Source: Schmidtea polychroa (taxonomy: Eukaryota). From it: a DNA stretch of 64,000 nt. The stretch lies in NCBI GenBank assembly GCA_044892525.1, contig CM097886.1:187352312-187416311 (forward strand), given 5' to 3'. A program made the position numbers and the translations under genes. Under the pieces are notes generated by a model. The model was not told the DNA's origin. It worked only from the letters and a program-made list of their open reading frames with translations, and did no database searches. The first letter of the stretch is position 1. Every line of letters begins with the position of its first letter. This document shows, in pieces, positions 24,900 through 36,750 of this stretch.

Positions 24900-25270
24900 A
24901 ATTAATAATTATGCTTACAACGCCTTTTTCAGTAGTTTCCGCCAAACACAGTTTTTCGAATTAAAGTTGATTAAAAATTATCTAAGATCAACTAAGCAAC
25001 AAAATAGGTTCGAGAGGGTGGCTATGTTGTCAATAGAGTAAGAGGTAACAAAACAAATAAATTTGGTGATAAGTTCGAGGAATTAGCGGTAAATAAAGTT
25101 TATACGAAATAAGAATAAATACAATATTATGTTTATGCATGCATATCATTGAATATATTGATGAGATAAATATTTTAATAAATAAATTGATAAAATTATG
25201 TTCATGTATCATTTCTTATTTTTTGGGAAGGAGCCCGTGTATAATAATTTCCAGAGCAATAATTTCCCGC
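24900..25270 (+). mobile_element. Decayed 3' end of a ZMYM1-like hAT (dimerisation domain remnant and 3' UTR)
   Basis: Clearly homologous to 46157-46360; part of it also recurs at 51720-51815. Confidence 0.65.
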
Positions 25271-27399
25271 CTTGCCCATAAGAAATAACATATTATTATT
25301 TACTATTCAGAAAGTATCACTTAAAAATTTCATTCGAATCAACTTAAATATATTAATTATAAATATTAAACTTAAAACAGATTTAGATTTTAAAGTTAAG
25401 TTTAAATATTTAGAAAATATTACAAGAGTAAAGGTCAGTACTCTTATCAGTTTATAAATCAAATTATATCATTTTTTTTTCTCATAATATTTTAAATATT
25501 TTACAAATTAATTGAAATTTATTTTTCAATCATAAATAATTAGATTTTTTATATCAATTTTTAATAATAATTTATTAACTGTAATTAAGATGATAATAAT
25601 ATTCTCAAATATAACTCTCAGATACACTAAAGTAATATAAATAATAAATATATTTGGTTAAAGTTTGAAAATATATTGTATATACCAGATCATCCTATTT
25701 GATCCAAATCAATCATGATAAAAATAGCAATGCTACTTATACTTCTAATGAAGGTCAAACAATTCTTTCACTCTTGTGGAGATCTTTGTGTTCATCAATT
25801 TAGATTTATATTTGAAAAAAGATTTCACTGTGAATTACAAAGATACATTTTGCTATGAATATCACGGTAATTTAACACACGGCGTGATAATGTCAATAAT
25901 CACGAAGTAAGAAGGGTTAGAAAATATAAATTGCTTTCACGTAGATTAAGGATTTATTATTAAATATTAATTTTTTAATTTATAATATCATTTTTTAATA
26001 GATTTCTATTATTGAAAATAAATAAATTATAAAATTTTATTAACTAAAATTGTTTTAATTTATTATTATTCATAAGACCATTTTAAAAACTTTTATTAAT
26101 AATATTATTTTTCGCATAATTTTTTTTACTTAAATAAAGTAATTAATTATCATAATTTTTTATTTAAAGTCACAATTTAATGAATGATATTTGATTTATT
26201 TATTATACACTAATTTACAGTTAATGAGTAATTGCAAAATGGAGATGGCATTCAAGTTTCATCTGCTTAATGAACAGAAAGCATAATATACATTGAATTA
26301 GGTTTGCAAGATATGGTTTATCTCATAAATGCTTCTTTTCAGAGAAATGAAATCAAAGTGGGAAAATTTTTATTTGAAAGTTATTTGTTAGGTAATTTAT
26401 TAAATCCATTTTAAATATTTTATAAATATTCATTTGAAATTCAATTTGTAAATAGTGTTGCAGTAATATTGTCAAAAGCTATCCAATTACAATATCTCAT
26501 TTATAGTAATTTTCGATCATTTCCCAATTCCTTGATAATCACGATAATCTCAATTGAATGATTGCTGATTCAGCTTTATTCCATACTTTCCCCGTTAAGC
26601 TGACTATCACATCACTTGCTCATTAGCTTGGTCACAGAAACTCTTTACAAGTGCATCCGATCGCCTTTAGCATTTTTAACTTATTAAGTAATTGTGTAAA
26701 ATTTGTAGGGGCTGAGATTGTGATTGAGCGCTTGGTATAGGATTTGTAATTGCTGGGATTGTTGTAGGGGCTGTAGGACGCGTGAGGTCAGTTAGGCGGG
26801 CTTGCATTACAGGTAGACGTGAATACCTTTAGTATGCTCTGTCTGCAAACGGCTATGTCGACTTTCCAGCTCACTTTGAGTGCAAATGCCTCTTCATGAC
26901 ATTTATTTGGGGCAGACTTCCTTTTTTATCCTTGAGATTTTTCGGTAGAGCTCTGGGCCTGTGCTAGCTGGGTGCAAGCGGCCTCCATTTGATATATGTG
27001 CCTCTGGTGTCCAGATAGGTCATCCCAGGATTCCTCAGCACAGCTAGGGCAATATAAAATAGCTTTCTCTAAGCCGTGAGGATATTGCCAACTAATTCAC
27101 GCCTCCCAATATACAGGCAAGTAACCAAGGAGACACCAGAGCTATGAGTGATATGAGTGATGTGAGTGACTTGTGTTGAATTGTTGACCAATCTTGCCCC
27201 GCTGGATGAAATGGATCAATAAAATGTATTATTACAGTTACAAAGCACAATTTTGATTAAAATCTCGATGTTAACAAGTCATATGTAGTGCAAGCATAAC
27301 TAAATATGTAACTAAACTCTCCAGGATGCCCCATCTCTCATTTAATGCAGAATTTAGTTCAATCAATAACCTTTATAAATAAAATCATTATAAATAAAA

Positions 27400-27621
27400 T
27401 TGATGGCGTAATCAACGATTTAAACAAAAAATAAATATTACGCAATCAACATTTATACCAAAATGTTACATAATTAATATTAAAACCAACATGTTACGTA
27501 ATCAGCATCTAAACCACAACATTATGTAATTAATGACTAAATCAAAATATTACACAATTAACATCTAAATCGAAATATTACGTAATTAACATATATATCA
27601 AAATATTACGTAATTAACATC
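27400..27621. repeat. Left portion of the 28-bp satellite, interrupted by element A
   Basis: Degenerate AAATCAAAATATTACGTAATTAACATCT units. Confidence 0.85.
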
Positions 27622-28161
27622 TGTTGGCGTATGTGGAGAAGAAAGAAAAATATGCATGCCTTTCCATCACACCTATCAAGCATCATCGCTCCGTTATACA
27701 TTTTCTACACATACTCCAAATGATTGATTGCATATTCCCACATATGAGCCCATGGTGACGTTCCATGTTGGTGCTGCTCACACGGGTCGGAAAAAGGTTA
27801 GCAGGTGAGCCCCTGCCTTAGGACTACTCCTAACCCTTTCTCGGTTCGGGTCCTACGGTGCCTTAGAAGGACTTACCCACATACATGCGTATCACTCGGT
27901 CTGATCCTGGTCCAAAGGAACAACCTTCAACCCTAATTACCTTCATTCCGCAGCATTATCTCATCTACTCTAATTGCACAAACAAATATATGAAAGCTCG
28001 ACAAAACTGAAAACAAACAGAAAATTTTATTGACACTGAAACGATAAAAATATCATTACCACTAACAGATCAACAGCAGTCAAAAATATATAACATTAGC
28101 AGAATTCACAAGGTAATTTACAACTCGATGAAGAGAGAATCAAGCTCAATTGTACGTCGCA

Positions 28162-28886
28162 TTAGACAAAGTCATCCCCACCGGCAAGCATCTCATCTAT
28201 GTCGACCGGTAGTCGGCTATCTACCATATATTTGATGCCCTCGGCCGGAACAATGCGGAAGACTTCTTTCGAGGGGATTGAATGGGTGGACGATATTTCT
28301 TGGATTTTCGATTTCGCCGCCGATAAGGACGCCTCGAGTGCCGTCATCGCATCTCGGCGTTTTTGATTCTTCTCGGCTCGAGTTGGCCGTTTCCGTTTGC
28401 GGGTAGTCGGGGGGTTTTCTGTGTTCGTGGTGCCGATTGGTGCTACCAAGCTTGGAGCTAAGATGGGATCGGTAGGTCCACCTGTCTTTGGCTGGTGACT
28501 TGACAACACCGGGGCTGGAATGGGCGGCAGTTGTGAGCCGTGCCCCTGACAGTTCGAGCTGGAAGATGTAGAAGACTGGTGGTGAAGGGGAAAGACATTC
28601 ATCCCATCCAGAACGGGAAATTCTCGCACCCGCTTAGCCAATTCTGCCTCCGTATATACCTTATGGAGGGCTTCTGATTGTGCTTTGATAGTGAGCCGCT
28701 GGCAACGGCTTTCCTCTAGCAGGCTGTCCCTGCAATGCTCTAATCGGAGAATTTTCTTGCGTTCCTCTTTCATTTGTGGCGGGGAGAACCACGTTCCTTC
28801 ATAGAGATCAATTCTCTATCCGCGTTCTTGTCCGCACAAGAAAAACACGGGCGAAGTTCTTTGGCGTTGTTGGACGATGTAGCCAT
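28162..28886 (-). CDS. Unknown element-encoded protein (RPCFSCxDKN, coiled coil, basic RKRKRPTRAEK, FRIVP...DEMLAG); one frameshift near 28800
   Basis: ATG at 28886 after TTTTCTAG. Aligns by eye with the element B protein (EGTWFSPPQMKE vs EGTYFSPTQMKE; IKAQSEALHKV vs IKEQSEALHKV). Confidence 0.75.
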
Positions 28887-31283
28887 CTAGAAAATCAATC
28901 ATTGTTTATGTTTACTCGAAAAAACCTCTATCAGTGCGATAAAATCAAATTTTTGGGGCATGGTTTTGGGGTTTTATCAAACATACCACCCAACGATGAC
29001 CCACACACCTCTTCATCCCTCTCTATTCGCAGTCATTCAGTTGCAAGCATTCAAATCTCTTCACCTGATTCGTGTAAATTAAGAAAAGGAAACGGGGATT
29101 TCATACACAAAATTCTCTCTACATAAACCTCGCCCTTTGGATTTGCTTTCGGATGGGACAATTCCCAGGTAAAACTCGTCTTTTACTTTATTCCCTTCAA
29201 CCTTGTTCCCCTTAGTGTATTTTTATTTAAAAATTTGCTGATATCATTATAGTAATCCGTCGACGTAGGCGGGCGTAAAGATTACCGAAAGTTAATTCAT
29301 GGCGACTGATAATTATTACTAATTTTGGCTCGCTCAAAATTATAGAATTAATCATGTAATCAGGTAAAGATTTAGTTCTAAATTTAAATCTAATTGATTT
29401 GAATAACGCGTCGAAAGCGTCACCATGGAGACATCTACTTGTAATTATGCAATACCATTAAATGTTTAGGTGTGTCGATACTCTTAGTGGCATCTGTGCC
29501 TGTGTGTTGGCTATCATCGCTAATGAGTGTTTTATGCTGTTATGAGAGGGTATTAGATGTTGAGTGCGTGGGGAAAATCCCTTCCTATACACCAGCCTAC
29601 TGTCTCGCTGCTCTAGAAAAATTCATATTATCATGCCGCTATTACATCACCAAAAATCGTGGATTTACTTTTACACTGCCCTATGTAGACTTGACTGTGG
29701 TGTGCGTGTGTATGTGCATTCTCAAGTCGGAATAATAGGGGTTGTGTAATAGATACCTCAAACAAGCAGCCGTAGACGAATCGGAAAGTCAGATTAATCA
29801 ATCTGAGTAGGCGACAAATTAGTAGATTATTGAGTAAGCTCGATGTTGTTATCTAATTCTCTTTCACGATATTAATTCAGGCCTATGACTATCAGCTTAT
29901 CCATTTGACATTTCCCCAGAAAATCGACACGTTATCTCCTTCTCTAGGACATTATCAGCTATTTCCTGTCGACTAACCCTACGCTGGCTAATGTAAATCA
30001 ACTGATTTGGTTATCGTTGGCAACTATTGCCTGCGAGCTCGAAGTGAGGATTTTGATAATTTCACTGCAAGATGTTTACTTCCCTGTCAGCGAGAGATTT
30101 TTTATCACTGGCATTGGCGATTCAAAGGACGACAATTCAATCGTAAGAGTACATCGACAATGGATGTAGCCGCTAACGTCCTGACGGCACAAATCAGACA
30201 GAGCCTTGCAAATGCAGTACGTTACCGAAAAATCGTTGGATTTACTCGCAATCTATGGTCAACACTGTTCTTTCCTAACTACGTCGATCGACAGGCTGAA
30301 TATCACGAAAAATTTTCTCCTAGCTATGTGGATTATTATCGAATCAGTACGAACGGCACTGCCTATCTCGATCTGAATTGCCTGCATTCGGAATTTAAAT
30401 CATCTCTACAACTATTGGAAATCTCGGTGTGACTAAATGAACCGATGGTACGCTCTATGGACGATCGCGCTTGATGAAGGAACTTTCACTTCTCAACTGG
30501 ATTTTCCACCTACTGAGTTTCTTCACCCCTCATGACACACCCAAGAAGGCGTTCATTGCTGCCACCTCGCACCGTCATGAGGGACCAATCAACTCGTTTC
30601 CATTCAATTAAATCAACAATAAAATAATCAAACTGAATGATAGGTAAATGCATAAATAAAATTTACCCGGCGACCATATCATTTGGACTCCAAGTATGAT
30701 GTTGCTCATCCTACGTAATCGAAACCTCATCGTCTCCTTGGTGGATCTCTAATATGACAAATATCACTCTCTACAAATATCACATTCTCCTTTCAGCATG
30801 TTCGTGATTTCTTATGCATACCAACCTTTCCACGGTGGTGTCCTCGACTGCAGTACAATTCCAACTCGTCCACATCATACTGGGAGCTCTCAGATGGTAC
30901 AGTCGCCGGTACCATGAAGAAAGGCAGCTTTTCATTTAAATAAATTTATTGTATGAAATTGTTTTATTATATTTATAACAATTAACGAAATTAAACTAAC
31001 AACCATAAATAAAGCAACTGTCGAGGCATACCTTGAGTTTCGAAAACTGGAGTTAAATCGGTTGAATTTACAATTTTTCCTGAATGGATTTGTGGTTTGG
31101 CCTCTATATATTCCTTCCTCGGTTTGGTTTGGTAATCTCTGAACTAGTTCGCTGTAGGATAATTTAGTTAAAGGTTCCGAAATCTGTAATGTCTGTAGAA
31201 TATTTTTTAAAAGTGGTCATAACGAACCAAAGTTTACCTGTAGAATATTTTTTAAAAGTGGTACTCTACAGATATTTTCCGTT

Positions 31284-31311
31284 CCTTATATATTATTTTT
31301 CGTCCAATCAG
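31284..31311 (-). promoter_or_regulatory. Candidate TATA box (TATATAAGG) with upstream CCAAT box in element A
   Basis: CCTTATATA at 31284-31292 and CCAATCAG at 31304-31311; same pair at equivalent positions in B and C. Confidence 0.55.
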
Positions 31312-31810
31312 GACACGACTTGTTTGTATTTTTACTATTTATTATTATTTTTATGTTTTTTATTATAATATATTAGATTTTAATGACTTAACTTATTTCT
31401 TATTATTATTTTATTTATTTTCTTATTTTTATTATTTTCCTCCTATTTTTCCTGTGGATTTATTGCTACTTTATTGTAATATAATTTTTTGTTTTAATTA
31501 GACTTAAAGATAGTTTTATTTTTATTTATTTCTTAAATTTCTCGTTTATTTGTTGTCACTTTTTTACTTATTCTATTCTATTTCATCTGCTGGGTCCTAA
31601 ATCGCTTTATTTCTAAATCTTAAGGGGTTTATTGGGTTTTATTTAGTTTGTTTTACTTATTCTTATTCTCTTATTGATATTTTATTGTTCCTTTTTGATT
31701 TATTAGTGAGAATTTGATGGTACTTTATATTTTTATTTTATTTCGTTTATTTTTCAAGGATTACTTTTCTATTCGCTCCAGTTTTCGAAACTCCGCGTTT
31801 TAGCCCAACA

Positions 31811-33650
31811 CATCTAAATCAAAATATTACGCAATTAACATATAAATCAAAATATTACATAATTAACATATAAATCAAAATATTACATAATTAACATCTA
31901 AATCAAAATATTACGCAATTAACATATAAATCAAAATATTACGTAATTAGTGTCTAAATCAAAATATTACATAATTAACATATAAATCAAAATATTACAT
32001 AATTAACATCCAAATCAAAATATTGCGTAATTAGCATCTAAATCAAAATATTGCACAATCAACATCCAAATCAAAATATTGCGTAATTAACACCCAAATC
32101 AAAATATTACGCAATTAACATATAAATCAAAATATTACGTAATTAACATCTAAATCAAAATATTACATAATTAGTGTCTAAATCAAAATATTACGCAATT
32201 AACGTATAAATCAAAATATTACGTAATTAGTGTCTAAATCAAAATATTACATAATTAACATATAAATCAAAATATTACGTAATTAGTGTCTAAATCAAAA
32301 TATTACATAATTAACATATAAATTAAATTATTACACAATCAACATCCAAATCAAAATATTGCGTAATTAACATCTAAATCAAAATATTGCGTAATTAACA
32401 TCTAAATCAAAATATTACGCAATTAACATCTAAATCAAAATATTGCGCAATTAACATCTAAATCAAAATATTGCGTAATTAACATCCAAATCAAAATATT
32501 GCGTAATTAGCATCTAAATCAAAATATTGCACAATCAACATACAAATCAAAATATTGCGTAATTAACACCCAAATCAAAATATTGTGTAATCAACATCTA
32601 AATCAAAATATTACGTAATTAACATCTAAATCAAAATATTACGTAATTAACATTTAAATCGAAATGTTACGTAATTAACATATAAATCAAAATATTACGT
32701 AATTAACATATAAATCAAAATATTACGTAATTAACATATAAATCAAACTATTACGTAATTAACATATAAATCAAAATATTACGTAATTAACATCTAAATC
32801 AAAATATTGCGTAATTAACATCTAAATCAAAATATTGCGTAATTAACATCCAAATCAAAATATTACATAATTAACATCTAAATCAAAATATTGCGTAATT
32901 AACATCTAAATCAAAATATTGCGTAATTAACATCCAAATCAAAATATTACGTAATTAGCATCTAAATCAAAATATTGCGTAATTAACACCCAAATCAAAA
33001 TATCGCGTAATTAACACCCAAATCAAAATATTGCGTAATCAACATCTAAATCAAAATATTGCGTAATTAACATCCAAATCAAAATATTGCGTAATTAGCA
33101 TCTAAATCAAAATATTGCGTAATTAACATCCAAATCAAAATATTGCGTAATTAGCATCTAAATCAAAATATTGCGTAATTAACATATAATTCAAATTATT
33201 ACGCAATCAACACCTAAATCAAAATATTATACAATTGACACCCAAATCAAAATATTGCGCAATCAACATCCAAACCAAAATATTGCGTAATTAACATCTA
33301 AATCAAATTATTGCGTAATTAACATCTAAATCAAAATATTACATAATTAACATCTAAATCAAAATATTACATAATTAACATATAAATCAAAATATTACAT
33401 AATTAACATCTAAATCAAAATATTACATAATTAACATCCAAATCAAAATATTGCGTAATTAACATATAAAGCAAAACATTGCGTAATTAACATATTAATC
33501 AAAATATTACGCAATCAACACCTAAATCAAAATATTGCGCAATCAACATCTAAATCAAAATATTACATAATTAACACCTAAATCAAAATATTACGCAATC
33601 AACACCTAAATCAAAATATTATACAATTAACATTTATACCAAAATATTAC
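31811..33650. repeat. 28-bp satellite AAATCAAAATATT(A/G)C(G/A)(T/C)AATTAACAT(C/A)T, roughly 65 units
   Basis: Direct repetition. Confidence 0.97.
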
Positions 33651-33804
33651 ATAATAAAATCTGTTTATAAATTAATGTCTAAAATCAGATAAAACATCAC
33701 ACAATTCAATATTTATTGTCACATGAAATTGGTTTGTGTGAGTTGGGATTTAATCTTCCTAATATGTAAACGCGATATTTTCCTGGCTCAGTCCTGCAGT
33801 ATTT

Positions 33805-33959
33805 ATTGAGTGCCCATCAAAAACAGCAACCCACCGCCATATACAATTACTTACTGAGTGGTAGAACCGCTGTTCATAGGCACCCACAGGAATTTTTCCA
33901 TGGGGAATACAAAATGAAATTGATACCGAAAAATGTCCTTACTAGCGGCAGCACTTCGA
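33805..33959 (-). repeat. 155-bp duplicate of 35701-35855 (R2-like ORF piece)
   Basis: Identical by eye to 35701-35855. Confidence 0.9.
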
Positions 33960-33966
33960 GTCTGGA

Positions 33967-34077
33967 ATAAGTACAAAACAATAAATACATCACAAAAAAA
34001 AAAAAAAAATTAAAAAAATTTTTTAAAAAAAAGTAAAATTCGGATGGAGGGGACCCTTAGCTTTTTTATATATAGAA
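33967..34077 (+). mobile_element. 3' part of a non-autonomous Helitron/Helentron-like element
   Basis: ATAAGTACAAAACAATAAATACATC...GGAGGGGACCCTTAGCTTTTTTATATATAGA shared with 35573-35663. Confidence 0.55.
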
Positions 34078-34299
34078 AGATCTGTTGAATATTTTTTGAT
34101 TAATTTACTACTAATTAGGTATTTGGATAAGATTTTAATTCTTCTGTTGTTAGGATTATAGTTGGAGTTTTCTAATTTTAAAGATATTTTGATTTTTTAT
34201 TGATTTTTTGTATTTGTAATTCTCTATAGTAATTGTTTACTATATGGAATAATATAAAACGCAATAATATAAAAAGTGACGTTACTTTGTCATTCCTAT

Positions 34300-35000
34300 A
34301 CAAATTCCCTGTGTACCACAATGAAAAAATATATTATAACAGTCCACTACTTGTTTCATCCTCTTCTGGCTTATTTTCATTTAAATATATTGCAACTTCC
34401 TTGTTAGGATTTTCACTTTCGATAGCCAGTGGACTTATGTAAACTTCCATTCTCGTTCGTAGAGATTTTGAAATGCACTTAATGGTTTGCTCTTGGTAAA
34501 ATTTGAGTATTATATAAGTGGTCAAAACAGTATTGAGACTAATGCAATGAGTTTATATTGCATTTGGACGGCACCGCTAGTTTACCACATATTGCTTGTA
34601 GTTTGTCCAATCCAGTTATATAAGTGCCAATCGTCTCGAACATTATATTATCAGTTCCCCGTCGAAATCAGTTGATTCTTTTAGTTGCAACGCAACAGTT
34701 CACTAACCTTAATGTTTTGGCAAATGACATATAGTAGACGTGGATCGCGCCTTCATTACTATTCCTTATAAATTCAGATTTGAGATATTCAGAATAATAT
34801 TAATGATTAGATAGCTATTGAAGGATTCTCATCATATTTTCTCTCTTTTTCTCTTTCCTTTTCCTTTTCATTTTCAGTTGCTTGTTTTTGGACAGGAGCA
34901 ATTTTCAATTATAGCAGCAATGATGCAGCCGATGCCGAAACAAACTCTTTATAATTTCCTTCTGTATCTTTCAGTAAAGATTCTTTATTTTCTTTTGATT
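34300..35000 (-). mobile_element. Highly decayed hAT Buster/Charlie-like transposase remnant
   Basis: Broken-frame NFTKSKPL...VHWLSKVKILTR and THCI resemble NFIK.RPL, VRWLSRG.VL.R and THC.IH. Confidence 0.4.
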
Positions 35001-35410
35001 TGCTTTCATTTTAACTTAATTTATTTGTATAGTATGAAGGTGTGACTATGTAGGCGTTTAGTGGGTAAACGGTATATGTGGAATATGACCTCTGATTAGG
35101 CTATCGACCTAACACATCTGAATTTGTCCTTTTCTTTCACAAATCGTCAGAATTATTATTATTTGTTATTATACGTGGTTGCGAATGGTTAGTTGTGAAT
35201 GCCTTGAAATGGTTCCTAATTCTTTGTTATGACGAGAATAATTTGCAGCTGGTTTGTGAGTTCTATATCATCAGCAATGTAATCGATATCTTGTGCCCAG
35301 TAAGTTGTGAGACTCTTATAGAAGTAAATAAATAAAATAAAACAAATTGTAAATATATACTAGGATAAATATACTGGGATTTGTTTAAATCAGTTAGGGA
35401 ATTTAAAGAA

Positions 35411-35663
35411 ACTAGGGGTTCTGCCCCTGTTCGCTTCGCTTCAACAACCCCGTTAGAACGTTGGGTTAATGTTAAGGTATTCTTGGACAGGAGTAAGATT
35501 CAGTTTAATAATATGTTTACATAACTATGATAAAAGATAATAGCATAAACCGTTTCAAAGTAATATAGAATGATAAGTACAAAACAATAAATACATCATA
35601 TAAAAAAAACAAAAAAAAAATAAAATTCGAATGGAGGGGACCCTTAGCTTTTTTATATATAGA
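35411..35663 (+). mobile_element. Short non-autonomous Helitron/Helentron-like element
   Basis: 5' ACTAGGGG.TCTGCCCCTG.TCGCTTCGCT..ACAACCCC and 3' TTTTTATATATAGA; termini of this style are typical of animal non-autonomous rolling-circle elements (from memory). Confidence 0.6.
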
Positions 35664-35669
35664 GGGATC

Positions 35670-36750
35670 CATACAGGTCTATCTCAGTGTTGTTTATGGC
35701 ATTGAGTGCCCATCAAAAACAGCAACCCACCGCCATATACAATTACTTACTGAGTGGTAGAACCGCTGTTCATAGGCACCCACAGGAATTTTTCCATGGG
35801 GAATACAAAATGAAATTGATACCGAAAAATGTCCTTACTAGCGGCAGCACTTCGATCCTCCTGGAATAGTCTCTGTATAGCCCCATAAATAGCCCTCTTT
35901 CTAGCTACCTTTATGTGCTTTTTAACCTTAGTACCATCCACGGGGCCTGGTACGTTCTTTTACGCTTACTTGTTCTCTTTTTGAGTTTCACTTGAAACTG
36001 CTTAGTTACTGATAAGCAATATTCATCAAGTAAAACTCTTTGAGAATCTTTATCTTCAGTGAGGATTATCCTGTCCAGTTGGTCCTCGTGCCAAATGCTA
36101 TGACCCTCGCTTCGAGGGAATTTCCTTAATATAGTCATGATGTCTGGAGATGGGCGTGGGGCTTGCGGGTTCTCCATCGCCTGCTCCAAGCCCATCCCCT
36201 TCATCCTGTCTTCTAACTCTTTAAAAACTGCTTTATATTTTTACTATCTAAATCCTTGCGAATGGATTCCTTTGAACGTTTGAAGGCTGAACATCCAAGG
36301 TGAAATATTTCTAGAAGGTGAGATTGAGGTCTATAACGATTTTTAAGGTGAAGTTGAGCCATGAGGAGCTCTTCTTCATAACTCCAGTAGTAAGCAGGTT
36401 TATTGGATAGTTTCCTCAAGATAGCCTCACCACGTAAGGTGCGATGGGCTCTAGATATATGGACTCCAGTCCCCTCAGCATTAAGAAAGGTAAAAAGCAA
36501 TATTTACAGACAAACGACTGTTCCACATCCCTCTCCCGTTTTGTAGCGTTGTTATTTCCTGTAATTTATCTTTAATTTTGTTTTGTGGGAGTTCTTTCCT
36601 GTTGGATATCCAACTTACCAAAAGGTAAAAAATAGTGAAAGGGGACCTCACCGAGGAAGTGGTGTTGGGAGGAAGGAAAGGTTTATATGAAAAAATTCTT
36701 AACAAAATTGCCCTCATCACAAAACGTGACGAGGAATAATATATCAATAG
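35670..36750 (-). mobile_element. 5' remnant of an R2-like (RLE) non-LTR retrotransposon ORF: C2H2 zinc finger, Myb-like domain, pre-RT region; RT and endonuclease missing
   Basis: FVCKYC/frameshift/FLNAEGTGVHISRAH, then YWSYEEELLMAQ...RSKESIR, then RKRAIYGAIQRLFQEDRSAAA. Several frameshifts and stops. Confidence 0.7.

Larger units (their letters stand above)
27622..31810 (-). mobile_element. Element A: 4189-bp unclassified integrase-type insertion (giant solo-LTR-like), TGTTGG...CCAACA ends, 4-bp TSD CATC
   Basis: CATC flanks both ends (27618-27621, 31811-31814) inside a satellite that resumes in register. Homologous architecture to 40374-44500. Confidence 0.85.

Noticed and set aside
26700-27130. 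Decayed minus-strand frame with YCPSC, LINE ORF1-like
   Set aside because: Only a single CxxC and multiple frameshifts; insufficient for a call.
31588-31810. 223-bp mini-element TGCTGGGTC...CCCAACA flanked by CATC on both sides
   Set aside because: It would leave the remainder of A without a CA end. More simply an internal terminus-like motif or chance.
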